64,000 bases of DNA from an uncultured Aquimarina sp. Its GTDB lineage: Bacteria; Bacteroidota; Bacteroidia; Flavobacteriales; Flavobacteriaceae. A model generated the notes under the pieces. It was not told the DNA's origin and did not search any database. It saw nothing but the letters and a program-made list of their open reading frames with translations. A program made the position numbers and the translations under genes. Positions 8,384-18,081 of this stretch are shown piece after piece; positions within the stretch are counted from its first letter, which is position 1; each line of letters opens with the position of its first letter. The stretch lies in NCBI RefSeq assembly GCF_947492965.1, contig NZ_CANLOZ010000001.1:931975-995974 (forward strand), read 5' to 3'.

Positions 8384-9358
8384 TTAAGAGTCCTGTTTAG
8401 TAGTAACAATGTGGTTTAAGATAGTTTTTGCATGTATTCTAGAGTTTTCAATAAACCAAACATGCGTATCCATTCCACCGCAAATTACACCAGCTAAATA
8501 AAGACCAGTGATGTTAGACTCCATAGTGTTTTCATCATACTTCGGATACTTCTTTTCATCATCCGAAAGTTCAATTCCGATGTTTTCTAAAAACTCAAAA
8601 TTTGGCATGTATCCTGTTAAAGCCAATACGTAATCATTTTCTATAGAAACTTCACCTTCGGGTGTTGTAATGATCAGTTTATCCGAACGTATTTCTTTTA
8701 CATTCGCGTTGTAAAAGGCATGAATACTTCCTTCTTTGATTCGGTTTTCGATATCAGGTCGTACCCAATATTTCACACGTTTTCCAATTTCTGGAGATCG
8801 AACTATCATGGTAACATCTGCTCCTTTGCGATAACACTCTAAAGCAGCATCCACTGCAGAATTACTAGCACCAATAACCGCTAATTTTTGCTTTGCAAAA
8901 AAATGAGGATCCTTATAATAATGGGATACTTTGGGAAGTTCTTCACCAGGAACATTGATCTTATTCGGAATATCATAAAATCCTGTAGCTACTATTATGT
9001 AATTGGATGTATACGTATCTTTTTCCGTTTGGATATGGAAAAGGCTTCCTTCTTTTTTAGCAGCATGTACTTTTTCGAATAAGTTTATATTAAGATTATT
9101 AGAAGTAACAATTCTTCTATAATATTCTAGAGCTTCATTTCTCTTTGGCTTTGCTTCATTGCTTATAAAAGGAATATTATCAATTTCCAATTTTTCTGAA
9201 GAAGAGAAAAATTGCATATTAACAGGGTAGTTAAAAAGAGAATTAACAATTGGACCTTTTTCTATAATGAGGTAATCTACACCCTTTTTTTGAGCTTCTA
9301 GGCCACAAGCAATACCTATAGGACCACCACCGATTATAATAAGCTCAATGTGTTTCAT
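8384..9358 (-). CDS. ypdA: YpdA family putative bacillithiol disulfide reductase
   Basis: IGGGPIG FAD motif; QFFSSSEKLEI, VATGFYD and GVICGG...FIENSRIHA motifs. Confidence 0.88.
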   Translation of the reverse strand: MKHIELIIIGGGPIGIACGLEAQKKGVDYLIIEKGPIVNSLFNYPVNMQFFSSSEKLEIDNIPFISNEAKPKRNEALEYYRRIVTSNNLNINLFEKVHAAKKEGSLFHIQTEKDTYTSNYIIVATGFYDIPNKINVPGEELPKVSHYYKDPHFFAKQKLAVIGASNSAVDAALECYRKGADVTMIVRSPEIGKRVKYWVRPDIENRIKEGSIHAFYNANVKEIRSDKLIITTPEGEVSIENDYVLALTGYMPNFEFLENIGIELSDDEKKYPKYDENTMESNITGLYLAGVICGGMDTHVWFIENSRIHAKTILNHIVTTKQDS

Positions 9359-10017
9359 TATCCAATAATCTCTTTTAATCCTTTTACAGTTTCAATAGGG
9401 TTTTCGCTCTTAAAAACATAGCTACCGGCAACCAATACATCTGCACCAGCATCAACAAGTTGCTTTGCGTTTTTGTTAGTAACTCCACCATCAATTTCGA
9501 TCATGGTACTGGCGTTATTACGAACGATTATTTCTTTAAGCTGTTGTACCTTTTTATGAGTATTCTCTATAAAGGATTGTCCACCAAAACCTGGATTTAC
9601 ACTCATAATACAAACTAAATCAATATCATTGATCGTATCTTCTAATAAGCTTACATTGGTATGTGGATTGATCGCTACTCCTGCTTTCATACCTTCTGCC
9701 TTTATTGCCTGCAATGTTCTATGAAGGTGTGTGCAAGCTTCGTAATGAACGGTTAAAATATTACTACCTAAATCCGCAAATGTTTTTATATATCTGTCTG
9801 GATCTACGATCATTAAATGAACATCAATAGTTTTTGTTGCATGCTTAACGATATCTCTTAGTACTGGCATACCAAAGGAAATATTAGGTACAAAAACTCC
9901 ATCCATGATGTCGATATGAAACCAATCAGCATCACTGTTGTTTATCATTTCAACATCTCTTTGTAGGTTAGCAAAATCCGCAGCTAATACAGAAGGGGCA
10001 ATTAATTTAGAAGCCAT
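9358..10017 (-). CDS. rpe: Ribulose-phosphate 3-epimerase
   Basis: HIDIMDGVFVPN, DVHLM and MSVNPGFGGQ motifs; a TATTTTTG promoter at 10036-10043 supports the start at 10017. Confidence 0.97.
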   Translation of the reverse strand: MASKLIAPSVLAADFANLQRDVEMINNSDADWFHIDIMDGVFVPNISFGMPVLRDIVKHATKTIDVHLMIVDPDRYIKTFADLGSNILTVHYEACTHLHRTLQAIKAEGMKAGVAINPHTNVSLLEDTINDIDLVCIMSVNPGFGGQSFIENTHKKVQQLKEIIVRNNASTMIEIDGGVTNKNAKQLVDAGADVLVAGSYVFKSENPIETVKGLKEIIG

Positions 10018-10059
10018 ATTTAGTAAAATTTGCTGCAAAAATACTATTTAAGTTTAAAA

Positions 10060-10476
10060 CTAAGAGAGCTTCATAAATTTATTCGCGATGTAGGATATGT
10101 TTTTAAAGTTTTTTGGATTATAACTCTTTTCAGATTCTAGAAAACGTTCTAGCTCTAAATAATCTTTCTCCTTATTTACGACAGTATAGGAATTTTCAAA
10201 AGTTTTAAAACATCGAATTTCTGTAGACCTATCAAATATTTTAATAATATCAAAATGCCTAATATCACGGACTATCTTTTGATATAAATTTTTAATAGTT
10301 GTTACTTCTCCTTCGATAATTTGAAAGAAATTTTGTTCAGAATACATCAAAATTCCTGTAATTCCTAAGTCATTATTTTTCAGTTTTGTAGTATTTAATA
10401 ATTCGTTTATTTCTTGATCAGAAAGCTCGGAGCAAGTGCTAACATACGATATGGTATGGTAAATAGGTTTTTTCAT
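10060..10476 (-). CDS. BLUF domain protein 1 (flavin blue-light sensor family)
   Basis: ISYVS, NNDLGITGILM, FFQIIEGE and DIRH motifs. Confidence 0.9.
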   Translation of the reverse strand: MKKPIYHTISYVSTCSELSDQEINELLNTTKLKNNDLGITGILMYSEQNFFQIIEGEVTTIKNLYQKIVRDIRHFDIIKIFDRSTEIRCFKTFENSYTVVNKEKDYLELERFLESEKSYNPKNFKNISYIANKFMKLS

Positions 10477-10589
10477 ATAACTTAAAGTTATAATTTTGAA
10501 AGGGAATTTTTCTGCAAAAAAATGGATTTAACAGTTGTTTTTAACAGTCGTTTAGTAAGATGTGAATTTTTGATCTACTAAATAATTAT

Positions 10590-10997
10590 CTAGGAAAGTT
10601 TCATGAACTTTTTAGTAAGATAGGAGACACTTTTGTAATTATCTGGATTATAAGACTTTTCTCCTTCTAAGAAATTTTGAAGCTCATTATGACTATAAGA
10701 TTCTCCAAAAACTTTAAAGTCCGAGTGGTATTTTGAAAAGCAAGGGTTGACAATCTGTCGATCAAAAATTTTAATAACATTGTAATGGCGCTCGTCCTGT
10801 TCTATCTTAGAAAACAACTCATGTATATAAGTTTTCTCACCTTCTAGTATTTGCATGAAATTACCATCCGAATATAAAAGTATACCAGTAATGCCCAGAT
10901 CATTGTTTTTTTGTTTAACGAGCTGGAAAAGGTCTTCCATTTCTAAGGTAGTCAATGATGGATCTGCAGTACTTACATAACTAATGGTTTGCCACAT
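10590..10997 (-). CDS. BLUF domain protein 2
   Basis: ISYVS, NNDLGITGILL, FMQILEGE and DERH motifs. Confidence 0.9.
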   Translation of the reverse strand: MWQTISYVSTADPSLTTLEMEDLFQLVKQKNNDLGITGILLYSDGNFMQILEGEKTYIHELFSKIEQDERHYNVIKIFDRQIVNPCFSKYHSDFKVFGESYSHNELQNFLEGEKSYNPDNYKSVSYLTKKFMKLS

Positions 10998-11125
10998 AAT
11001 TTCCTTTATATACTTTTAAAGGTACAGTTTTTTTAGAAAATTTGGGAAGTAATAAGATTTAATAATCATAATAATACTGTTAATTGTGGTTCAACAGTAA
11101 TGTGTAAAACTACAGATATTGTTCA

Positions 11126-11155
11126 AGAAAAAACCTCCGGTAATCAGCCGGAGGT
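11126..11155 (-). terminator. rpoD terminator
   Basis: acctccgg / ccggaggt stem with U-tract on the minus strand. Confidence 0.8.
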
Positions 11156-11224
11156 CATTCATCAATCAAAAAACGAACAGTTATGTTATAAACTGTTTGT
11201 AACCGCAATTTAGGAAATTAAAAG

Positions 11225-12088
11225 TTATCCTAAATAAGTTTTTAATATTTTACTACGAGATGTATGTTTTAATCTACGAATAGCTTTCTCTTTAATTTGT
11301 CTTACACGCTCACGAGTTAAGTCAAAAGTTTCGCCAATTTCCTCTAAAGTCATAGGGTGTTGATCTCCTAGACCAAAGTATAAACGGATTACATCAGCTT
11401 CTCTTGGTGTTAGTGTTTCTAAAGCACGCTCAATTTCGGTGCGAAGTGATTCATGCAATAGAGATCTATCAGGATTTGGAGATTCTCCAGAATTTAGTAC
11501 ATCATATAAGTTAGAATCTTCACCTTCTACTAAAGGAGCGTCCATACTTACATGACGACCAGAATTTTTCATGGATTCCTTTACGTCATTGATCGTCATG
11601 TCTAATTCTTTAGCGATCTCTTCTGCACTAGGTGGTCTTTCGTGAGATTGCTCTAAGAAAGCATATGTCTTATTTATCTTATTGATCGAACCGATTTTAT
11701 TTAATGGTAATCGAACAATACGTGATTGTTCTGCTAATGCTTGTAATATAGATTGACGAATCCACCATACAGCATAGGAAATAAATTTAAATCCTCTAGT
11801 TTCATCAAAACGTTTAGCAGCTTTGATCAAACCTAAGTTTCCTTCATTAATCAAATCAGGTAATGTCAATCCTTGGTTTTGATATTGTTTTGCAACAGAT
11901 ACCACAAATCGAAGATTGGCTTTTGTTAATTTTTCAAGGGCTCTCTCATCTCCAGCTTTAATGCGCTGAGCTAATTCCACCTCTTCATCTGCAGTAATAA
12001 GATCTACCTTACCTATTTCCTGCAAATACTTATCCAGCGATGCAGTTTCACGATTCGTTACCTGCTTCGTAATTTTAAGTTGTCTCAT
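11225..12088 (-). CDS. rpoD: Primary sigma factor RpoD (Bacteroidota type, no region 1.1)
   Basis: [26 protein letters not shown] and [12 protein letters not shown] motifs. Confidence 0.97.
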   Translation of the reverse strand: MRQLKITKQVTNRETASLDKYLQEIGKVDLITADEEVELAQRIKAGDERALEKLTKANLRFVVSVAKQYQNQGLTLPDLINEGNLGLIKAAKRFDETRGFKFISYAVWWIRQSILQALAEQSRIVRLPLNKIGSINKINKTYAFLEQSHERPPSAEEIAKELDMTINDVKESMKNSGRHVSMDAPLVEGEDSNLYDVLNSGESPNPDRSLLHESLRTEIERALETLTPREADVIRLYFGLGDQHPMTLEEIGETFDLTRERVRQIKEKAIRRLKHTSRSKILKTYLG

Positions 12089-12145
12089 CTATGTTATCCT
12101 TGAAATTTAATATTGTGAATATTTAGGGCTTCTCTTTTCTTAATT

Positions 12146-12172
12146 ATACGTAAGGTGTTACGAAAATGTTAC
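12146..12172 (-). promoter_or_regulatory. Candidate ECF-type promoter upstream of rpoD
   Basis: Minus strand reads GTAAC-N17-CGTAT. Confidence 0.4.
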
Positions 12173-12262
12173 AAAAAAGTAAAATTATTTTTTTATATGC
12201 ACTATTACTGCCTTAAGTATTGGTAGTATATGAGTCGTAATAGGAGCTAAAAGTTTACGAGC

Positions 12263-13231
12263 TTATTCGAATTCTAGTACATTTTTGGCAATAATTAATG
12301 AACGTAAGGCTTCAATTTTTTTCTGCATTTTATTAAAAAATAAATTTCTTTCTTTTTCTCCCGCAGTACTTAATAATTTAGAACCTTCCATTTGTATATT
12401 TAGAAATTCTTCGGCTTGATCACAAGTGATCACATCGTTGGTCCTATAATAAGAAAGAATGGTAAAAGGGACATAGAGCGATCTTTCAGTAGGTGTTTTT
12501 ACCAATACGCGGTTGTTCATGAGTAACAATTCATTATAGTAGAACTTAAAATTATCTTTTTGCTCAATTATTTTTCTAGAAATTTGATGTAGTAACTGTT
12601 GCAGGTCATCACAGATTTGTAAAGCATCTTTAGAAGTAAGAGAATCGGATTCGAAATAAAAGTGTATCTGTTTTAATGTACTATTAATGGTAGTGATGTC
12701 CCAAATTTCTATAGAGTTAAGATCATTGTACATTTTTCCTAATCTTTTAGCAGCCTCAATTAAGGATAGAGAAGGATTAAATCCAGTGAATTTTACATCA
12801 CCAAGTTCAGAATCCATAATTTTTAACCATACATACATCTTAAATTTAGAAAGTAGATTATCATCAGAAGTATAGAATATTGGTAAATCTTTGGCTGAAT
12901 AAATCATCTCTACATTAGGGTTGTTAATGAGCGGAGATAAAGATTTATAAGAGTTTTCATAGTATGCCAGTAAGCTTTTCATATCCTGAACTGGAGCTGT
13001 TTTTTTTACTGCCACAATATGCTCATCTTCACTAGAAAACAACTGATCAATGGATAAACTGAAGTATTTGGCCAGTGTTACTCCTTCTTCAAGAGATAAC
13101 TTACTTTTTTTACTAATTCTTCTATGAGCAGCATCATAGCTTATATCTAAAGCTGTTGCTACTTCATCGATGAGCGAAGTTTTAGAGCAGATTTGTTTTT
13201 TAATAAGCTCTAAAAAATTTTCTTGTATCAT
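12263..13231 (-). CDS. Uncharacterised transcription regulator with N-terminal XRE-like HTH and ~250-aa C-terminal domain
   Basis: VATALDISYDAAHRRISKKSKLSLEE...YFSLSIDQL helix-turn-helix pattern. Confidence 0.75.
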   Translation of the reverse strand: MIQENFLELIKKQICSKTSLIDEVATALDISYDAAHRRISKKSKLSLEEGVTLAKYFSLSIDQLFSSEDEHIVAVKKTAPVQDMKSLLAYYENSYKSLSPLINNPNVEMIYSAKDLPIFYTSDDNLLSKFKMYVWLKIMDSELGDVKFTGFNPSLSLIEAAKRLGKMYNDLNSIEIWDITTINSTLKQIHFYFESDSLTSKDALQICDDLQQLLHQISRKIIEQKDNFKFYYNELLLMNNRVLVKTPTERSLYVPFTILSYYRTNDVITCDQAEEFLNIQMEGSKLLSTAGEKERNLFFNKMQKKIEALRSLIIAKNVLEFE

Positions 13232-13265
13232 TCCTTATTTTTTTACGATTGATGATAGTGCGATG

Positions 13266-13447
13266 GAAAAATAAGATAGAAAAATAATTCAATTTTGTGA
13301 TTTTCGCAAAAAATATAAAGTGTCTTTGTGATTTTTAATTTTTTCACAAATACAAAATTAGGAGATATTAATTTGCGAAAATCACAAAAAAATAAAATCC
13401 TTTTCGCACTTATCACTTTTTGTCTTGTACTTATCACAATAGTTTTG
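13266..13447. promoter_or_regulatory. Divergent promoter region with multiple TTGTGAT-N-(A/T)TCRCAA boxes
   Basis: Boxes at 13295, 13326, 13373, 13404 and 13425; -7 elements TAGTTTTG (13440-13447, plus) and TATTTTTC (13266-13273, minus). Confidence 0.75.
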
Positions 13448-13474
13448 ACTTGTGAAATTTTAAAAACAAGAAAA

Positions 13475-14239
13475 ATGAGAATTAGTATTTTAACCTTAAT
13501 GGTATTGGTAATAAGCAGAATTACTTTCGGACAAGACAATGAGGTAGTAGCACCAATTGGTTTTTTTAATAGTACAAATACGGATGTTTATGGTTTGTCG
13601 ATTGGTTTGGCGCAAAAGAAAGTAGAACCAGACACGAAGACAACAAAATCAAATGGGTTGAGAATTGAACCTTTCGGTAAAGGTTTTTCGATATTTTTTA
13701 CTCCCAAAATCGGACTACCTGATAAAGAAAGTGAATTTGAAAATTATTTCAATCGGAAACCTACAGAGATCGTAAATGGAATAAATGTTTCTGGTGGAAC
13801 TTTATCATTTATGGATATTAATGGGATTTCTGTTTCTGGAGGAGTTCAAGCTTTAAGAAGAATGAATGGGATATCTATAACAGGATTCGGTAATTATTCT
13901 TACAAAGTAAATGGAATTCAATTAGCTGTTTATGGCAGCTCTACTTATGTTTTACGAGGTGTTCTCTTTGGAATGCTTGGTAGTTATGTTGTGGATGGAA
14001 AAGGGATTCAAATATCAGGATTTAATGACTTTAAGACATTTAAGGGATTGCAAATAGGTGCTTGGAACGATATTGAATCCAAAAGTGAGAGTTTTGAAGG
14101 GGTTCAAATAGGAATTCTTAATAATACAAAAACACTAAAAGGTATTCAAATAGGGCTTTGGAATAAAAATGAAAGACGCTCTTTGCCTTTTATCAATTGG
14201 CAATTTTCTAAAAAGAAAAATAAATCAAAAACATCTTAG
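13475..14239 (+). CDS. Secreted LA_2272-like surface repeat protein
   Basis: Signal peptide from ATG 13475; repeated G(I/L/V)Q(I/L)G / NGIS units; ends GLWNKNERRSLPFINWQF. Confidence 0.75.
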   Translation: MRISILTLMVLVISRITFGQDNEVVAPIGFFNSTNTDVYGLSIGLAQKKVEPDTKTTKSNGLRIEPFGKGFSIFFTPKIGLPDKESEFENYFNRKPTEIVNGINVSGGTLSFMDINGISVSGGVQALRRMNGISITGFGNYSYKVNGIQLAVYGSSTYVLRGVLFGMLGSYVVDGKGIQISGFNDFKTFKGLQIGAWNDIESKSESFEGVQIGILNNTKTLKGIQIGLWNKNERRSLPFINWQFSKKKNKSKTS

Positions 14240-14241
14240 TA

Positions 14242-14631
14242 ATGATGAATATCACTAGCAACTTAAGCATCGAAGGGGACTATGGTTTCGAAGCTTTTTA
14301 CGTACTTACTGGAAACTTGGTTGGTCTTATTCCGGTAAAAGAAAAATTGTACACTCGCATTAAAGTGTTGGATAAAGAGACATTAAAAATTTGTTTAATG
14401 AAATCTGAAACACTAAAAGTGTCAAAATATATTAAAGGATCACTAAAAGATGGGATTTTTAGTGTTTCCTCTTCTAATAAGATTACTTCTGTATTATCAT
14501 TTATTAAACATTGGCGGACACAGAAAATAAATGCGAATTCTAAAAAAGAACAACTATTGGTGTTCTTATCTAAAACAGGAAATGTTCAACTAGGGGTTTT
14601 TAAGGATATTACTTCTAGAAAAAAGAAGTAG
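14242..14631 (+). CDS. Hypothetical protein, possibly a 5'-truncated remnant
   Basis: Open frame 2 nt after the upstream stop; no signal peptide or recognised motif. Confidence 0.4.
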   Translation: MMNITSNLSIEGDYGFEAFYVLTGNLVGLIPVKEKLYTRIKVLDKETLKICLMKSETLKVSKYIKGSLKDGIFSVSSSNKITSVLSFIKHWRTQKINANSKKEQLLVFLSKTGNVQLGVFKDITSRKKK

Positions 14632-14758
14632 TATGTTGAATGATCTAAAAAGGAGCACTTAGTTTATATCTTATAAACTCTTCGTATTAATTCAGGTTAA
14701 TTCACCATATGTGGAATATTAGAAGGTATGCCTTCTCATATATCCAAAGGACTGTTAT

Positions 14759-15880
14759 ATGTCTAATTTTAAAGAAATAATTATGCAAAAAATAAAATTT
14801 TCTAAAGATGAAGGTTCTGAATTTTATAAAGAACTTACCGAGAAGATTCGAGAATATTTTGAGTCTAATAGGTTGGAGAAATTCGGAAATAATAAGATGA
14901 TTTTTAAAATCATTCTATATTTTATGATGGTAGTCTTGTTGTATGTTCTGATGATAACGTCATCAAATATAATCGGTTTTTACTTGTTGTATTTAGGTCT
15001 GGGAATATCAGTTTTGTTAACAGCATTTAATGTATCTCATGATGCAGCGCATGGAGTGGCAGTAAAAAGTAAATTCTGGAATAAAATTTTGTTTCAGTTA
15101 AGCTTTAATTTACAAGGCAATAATGCATATGTATGGGGCAAAAATCATAATGAATCCCATCATTTGTATACTAATATTGAAGGAAGTGATATCGATGTGT
15201 TAAATAATCCTCTTGTTAGGATGACAACAAGTCAAAAGGTACGTTGGTATCATAGATTTCAATATTTATATGTGCCATTTTTATATTTGTTTTATTCTCT
15301 TAATTGGTTTTTGTTTAGAGAGTTTTTAATGATATTTAATCGCTCGAGTAGGACAATTAAGGTTGCAATTCCGGCATGGGAAATCGTAAAGCTTTTGTTC
15401 TTTAAAGTACTTTATGTGGGTTACATGATTGTTATTCCTGACTTGTTATTGCCATTTGGTTGGGAGCATATTGTAGTAGCTTTTATGCTCAATCACTTTC
15501 TAATTTCTATCATATTTACTGCGGTTTTAGGAGTATCTCATTTATCGGATTTTGTAGCACATCCCGAAGCTGATAAAGAAGGTAATTTGTCGATGAGTTG
15601 GCCAAAGTTGCAGATGTGTACTTCGGTTGATTATAATGTGGATAGCAAATTTTTAAACTGGGTTTTAGGAGGATTTAATGCACATGCTTTACATCATTTA
15701 TTACCAAATATATGTCATGTACATTATATAAAATTGGCTCCGATATTTAGAGAATTAGCAAATAAACATAGTATTACGTACATGGAGATGCCATATCGTG
15801 ATGCCCTAAAATCACATTTTAGGTTTCTAAAGAAAATGGGAACACAAGAATCACCAAAACCTTTGCAATATGAAATCTAA
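14759..15880 (+). CDS. Membrane fatty acid desaturase A
   Basis: His boxes HDAAH, HNESHH and HALHH; alternative start at 14783. Confidence 0.92.
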   Translation: MSNFKEIIMQKIKFSKDEGSEFYKELTEKIREYFESNRLEKFGNNKMIFKIILYFMMVVLLYVLMITSSNIIGFYLLYLGLGISVLLTAFNVSHDAAHGVAVKSKFWNKILFQLSFNLQGNNAYVWGKNHNESHHLYTNIEGSDIDVLNNPLVRMTTSQKVRWYHRFQYLYVPFLYLFYSLNWFLFREFLMIFNRSSRTIKVAIPAWEIVKLLFFKVLYVGYMIVIPDLLLPFGWEHIVVAFMLNHFLISIIFTAVLGVSHLSDFVAHPEADKEGNLSMSWPKLQMCTSVDYNVDSKFLNWVLGGFNAHALHHLLPNICHVHYIKLAPIFRELANKHSITYMEMPYRDALKSHFRFLKKMGTQESPKPLQYEI

Positions 15881-16925
15881 GCATTTATATATTAAAGATC
15901 ATGTAGAGCTTTTTGGTGCTATTCAGGAAGAGATCTACAAAAAAATTAATTTCTGTAATCGAAGATTTCAGAAAAAGATGTTCTTAAAGGGATTCATTTA
16001 TTTTTCCTTTACACTAATTTCATATAGTTTTATTTATCAAATATCACAACCGCAATTGTTGGTATTGGCTTATGTTGTTTTTGGGTTAGTTTCTATGTTA
16101 TTCGCATTTAACTTTGCGCACGATTTTTCGCATAACACAATTTTTAAGAAAAAGGAGTTAAATCATAAATGTTTCATTGCTCTTTATACGATGGTAGGAG
16201 CTCATGCAGAAGCATGGAAAGATAGGCATGTAACATCCCATCATCATGCTCCTAATGTTGAAGGTTATGATACAGATTTAGAAATTACGAATTTAATAAG
16301 AGTAGTTCCTGGTTCGAAGATGAAATGGTTTCACCGTTTCCAATATTTGTATGCTCCTTTTTTGTATACAACGTATTCATTGTTCTGGGTTTTTATCAAA
16401 GATTTTAAAGTGTTTTTTAGCGACTTTGGTAATCACAAGAAACATTCTTTAGCATACAAGTTTTCTTTTTGGTGTCAAAAAATAGTTTATCTAAGCTATT
16501 TGGTGTTATTGCCTATGATATTTATTGACCTAAAATGGTATTGGGTAATAGTAGCATTTATAAGTATGCATATGGTACAATCGCTATTTTTATTGTTTAC
16601 CTTTTTTATGACACATCATATAAAAGGTCTGGCATATCCCGAAAAAGACACTTCTGGTAAGATAAAAACATCATGGTTCATGAATCAGGTGCAAAGTTCA
16701 AATGATTTTTATCCTTTTAGTAAGTTTGCAAATTTTATATTCGGAGGATTTAATAATCATATTGCTCATCATCTTTTCCCACATATTCATCATGTTTATT
16801 ATCCAGAACTGAATAAAATTCTATATTCTGTATTAAGGAAACATCAAATCATTCCCAATCAAACTTCTTATTTTGGTGGAGTAGTAGCTCACTTATTACA
16901 TCTAAAACAATTGGGGATAGAATAA
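15870..16925 (+). CDS. Membrane fatty acid desaturase B
   Basis: His boxes HDFSH, HVTSHH and HIAHH; overlaps the upstream gene by 11 nt. Confidence 0.92.
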   Translation: MKSKHLYIKDHVELFGAIQEEIYKKINFCNRRFQKKMFLKGFIYFSFTLISYSFIYQISQPQLLVLAYVVFGLVSMLFAFNFAHDFSHNTIFKKKELNHKCFIALYTMVGAHAEAWKDRHVTSHHHAPNVEGYDTDLEITNLIRVVPGSKMKWFHRFQYLYAPFLYTTYSLFWVFIKDFKVFFSDFGNHKKHSLAYKFSFWCQKIVYLSYLVLLPMIFIDLKWYWVIVAFISMHMVQSLFLLFTFFMTHHIKGLAYPEKDTSGKIKTSWFMNQVQSSNDFYPFSKFANFIFGGFNNHIAHHLFPHIHHVYYPELNKILYSVLRKHQIIPNQTSYFGGVVAHLLHLKQLGIE

Positions 16926-16957
16926 TAAATTTTTGTAATCAATAAAATAGGATTGAA

Positions 16958-16989
16958 GCACCTTCATTTTTTTTGAAGGTGTTTTTTTT
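16958..16989 (+). terminator. Rho-independent terminator
   Basis: caccttca / tgaaggtg stem followed by T8. Confidence 0.8.
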
Positions 16990-17002
16990 GAAGATTCCTG
17001 AA

Positions 17003-17077
17003 TTGTGATTATCACAAGAATAAAATTTCATACTCGTGATTTTAACAATTGTAGTTCTCAGATAGCAAGTATGTTTG
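17003..17077 (+). promoter_or_regulatory. Two operator boxes plus -7 promoter element
   Basis: ttgtgattatcacaa (17003), tcgtgattttaacaa (17034) and TATGTTTG (17070). Confidence 0.8.
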
Positions 17078-17107
17078 GTTCACTAAACAATTTTAAAACA
17101 ATTTGAT

Positions 17108-17935
17108 ATGATGAAAAAGTTTATGAAACAAGGAGTGTTTTTAGTGGCACTTCAATCCTTGATTAGTTGTTCCGTTACCAGTCCATTTAAAGCCTACACT
17201 ACTGCTAGTCATGGTTCGGTAAACTCGTATATAGCAAAACCATTGTATAATGGTGAGAACACCTCTAAAATTTATGCTTCGGGAACCATTGATATAGCCA
17301 AACAGGAGCAATTTAGACAGCAGGAAGATGATCGAAAAACCGTGGCATCTTTAGATGTATATCAATCTTTTTCACGAAAGTGGTTAAATTTCTTTTATGG
17401 TGCTAATGCCGCTTACGGGACATTTACCTTTAAGGGAGAGGAATTAGATGAGAACTCGGGTCGAACCATTATAGCTTTAGATGAAAAGCTGGATTTTTAT
17501 AATATAGGACTAAAGGCAGGAGTTAATTTTAAGGTGTCTACTTCTAAATTCGATTTTAGACCGATTGGGCTAAAAGTTATGTATACCTATGAGTTTGGAC
17601 CCTATCAGGATAAATTAGATGAAATTGAAAATATAGCTTTTCAGGATTATAATGTATTTAATAAAAAATCCTTTTTTACAATTCTAGCTGAAAGTGAAGC
17701 GGTTTATAAGATTAATATCAATAATTCTGTGAGTTTAGGTGCCTTTTCGGGATTTAATACAATCAGAGATGCTGGAGCACCAATTATAGGAGGGATGGCA
17801 AGTTATAGATATAAAAGATTAACGTTTAGTTACTTGTTTCAGTCAACATATATTGATACAGAAGAGGTTCAAGGGGAAAGAAAAAGTATAGAAATAGGTG
17901 CTCATAAAATCGGAATCGCATTTGAACTTTTTTAA
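17108..17935 (+). CDS. Hypothetical outer-membrane protein with lipoprotein signal and beta-barrel-like C-terminus
   Basis: LQSLIS-C lipobox; amphipathic strands; terminal FELF. Confidence 0.7.
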   Translation: MMKKFMKQGVFLVALQSLISCSVTSPFKAYTTASHGSVNSYIAKPLYNGENTSKIYASGTIDIAKQEQFRQQEDDRKTVASLDVYQSFSRKWLNFFYGANAAYGTFTFKGEELDENSGRTIIALDEKLDFYNIGLKAGVNFKVSTSKFDFRPIGLKVMYTYEFGPYQDKLDEIENIAFQDYNVFNKKSFFTILAESEAVYKININNSVSLGAFSGFNTIRDAGAPIIGGMASYRYKRLTFSYLFQSTYIDTEEVQGERKSIEIGAHKIGIAFELF

Positions 17936-17981
17936 TAAATAATAGATAACGTATAAGTTGAGGTGTTATCTATTTCCACAA

Positions 17982-18056
17982 TTGTGATTATCGCAAGAAC
18001 AAAATATAATACTCGTGATTTTGACAACTAAGACTGTGGAATTGCTATTATGTTTA
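17982..18056 (+). promoter_or_regulatory. Two operator boxes plus -7 promoter element
   Basis: ttgtgattatcgcaa (17982), tcgtgattttgacaa (18013) and TATGTTTA (18049). Confidence 0.8.
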
Positions 18057-18081
18057 CATCACTAAACAATAAATTTTTAAT

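Noticed and set aside
13243-13539. 98-aa minus-strand ORF and the 49-codon N-terminal extension of 13328-14239
   Set aside because: Both run through the palindromic operator/promoter region and are low complexity; the signal peptide starts at 13475
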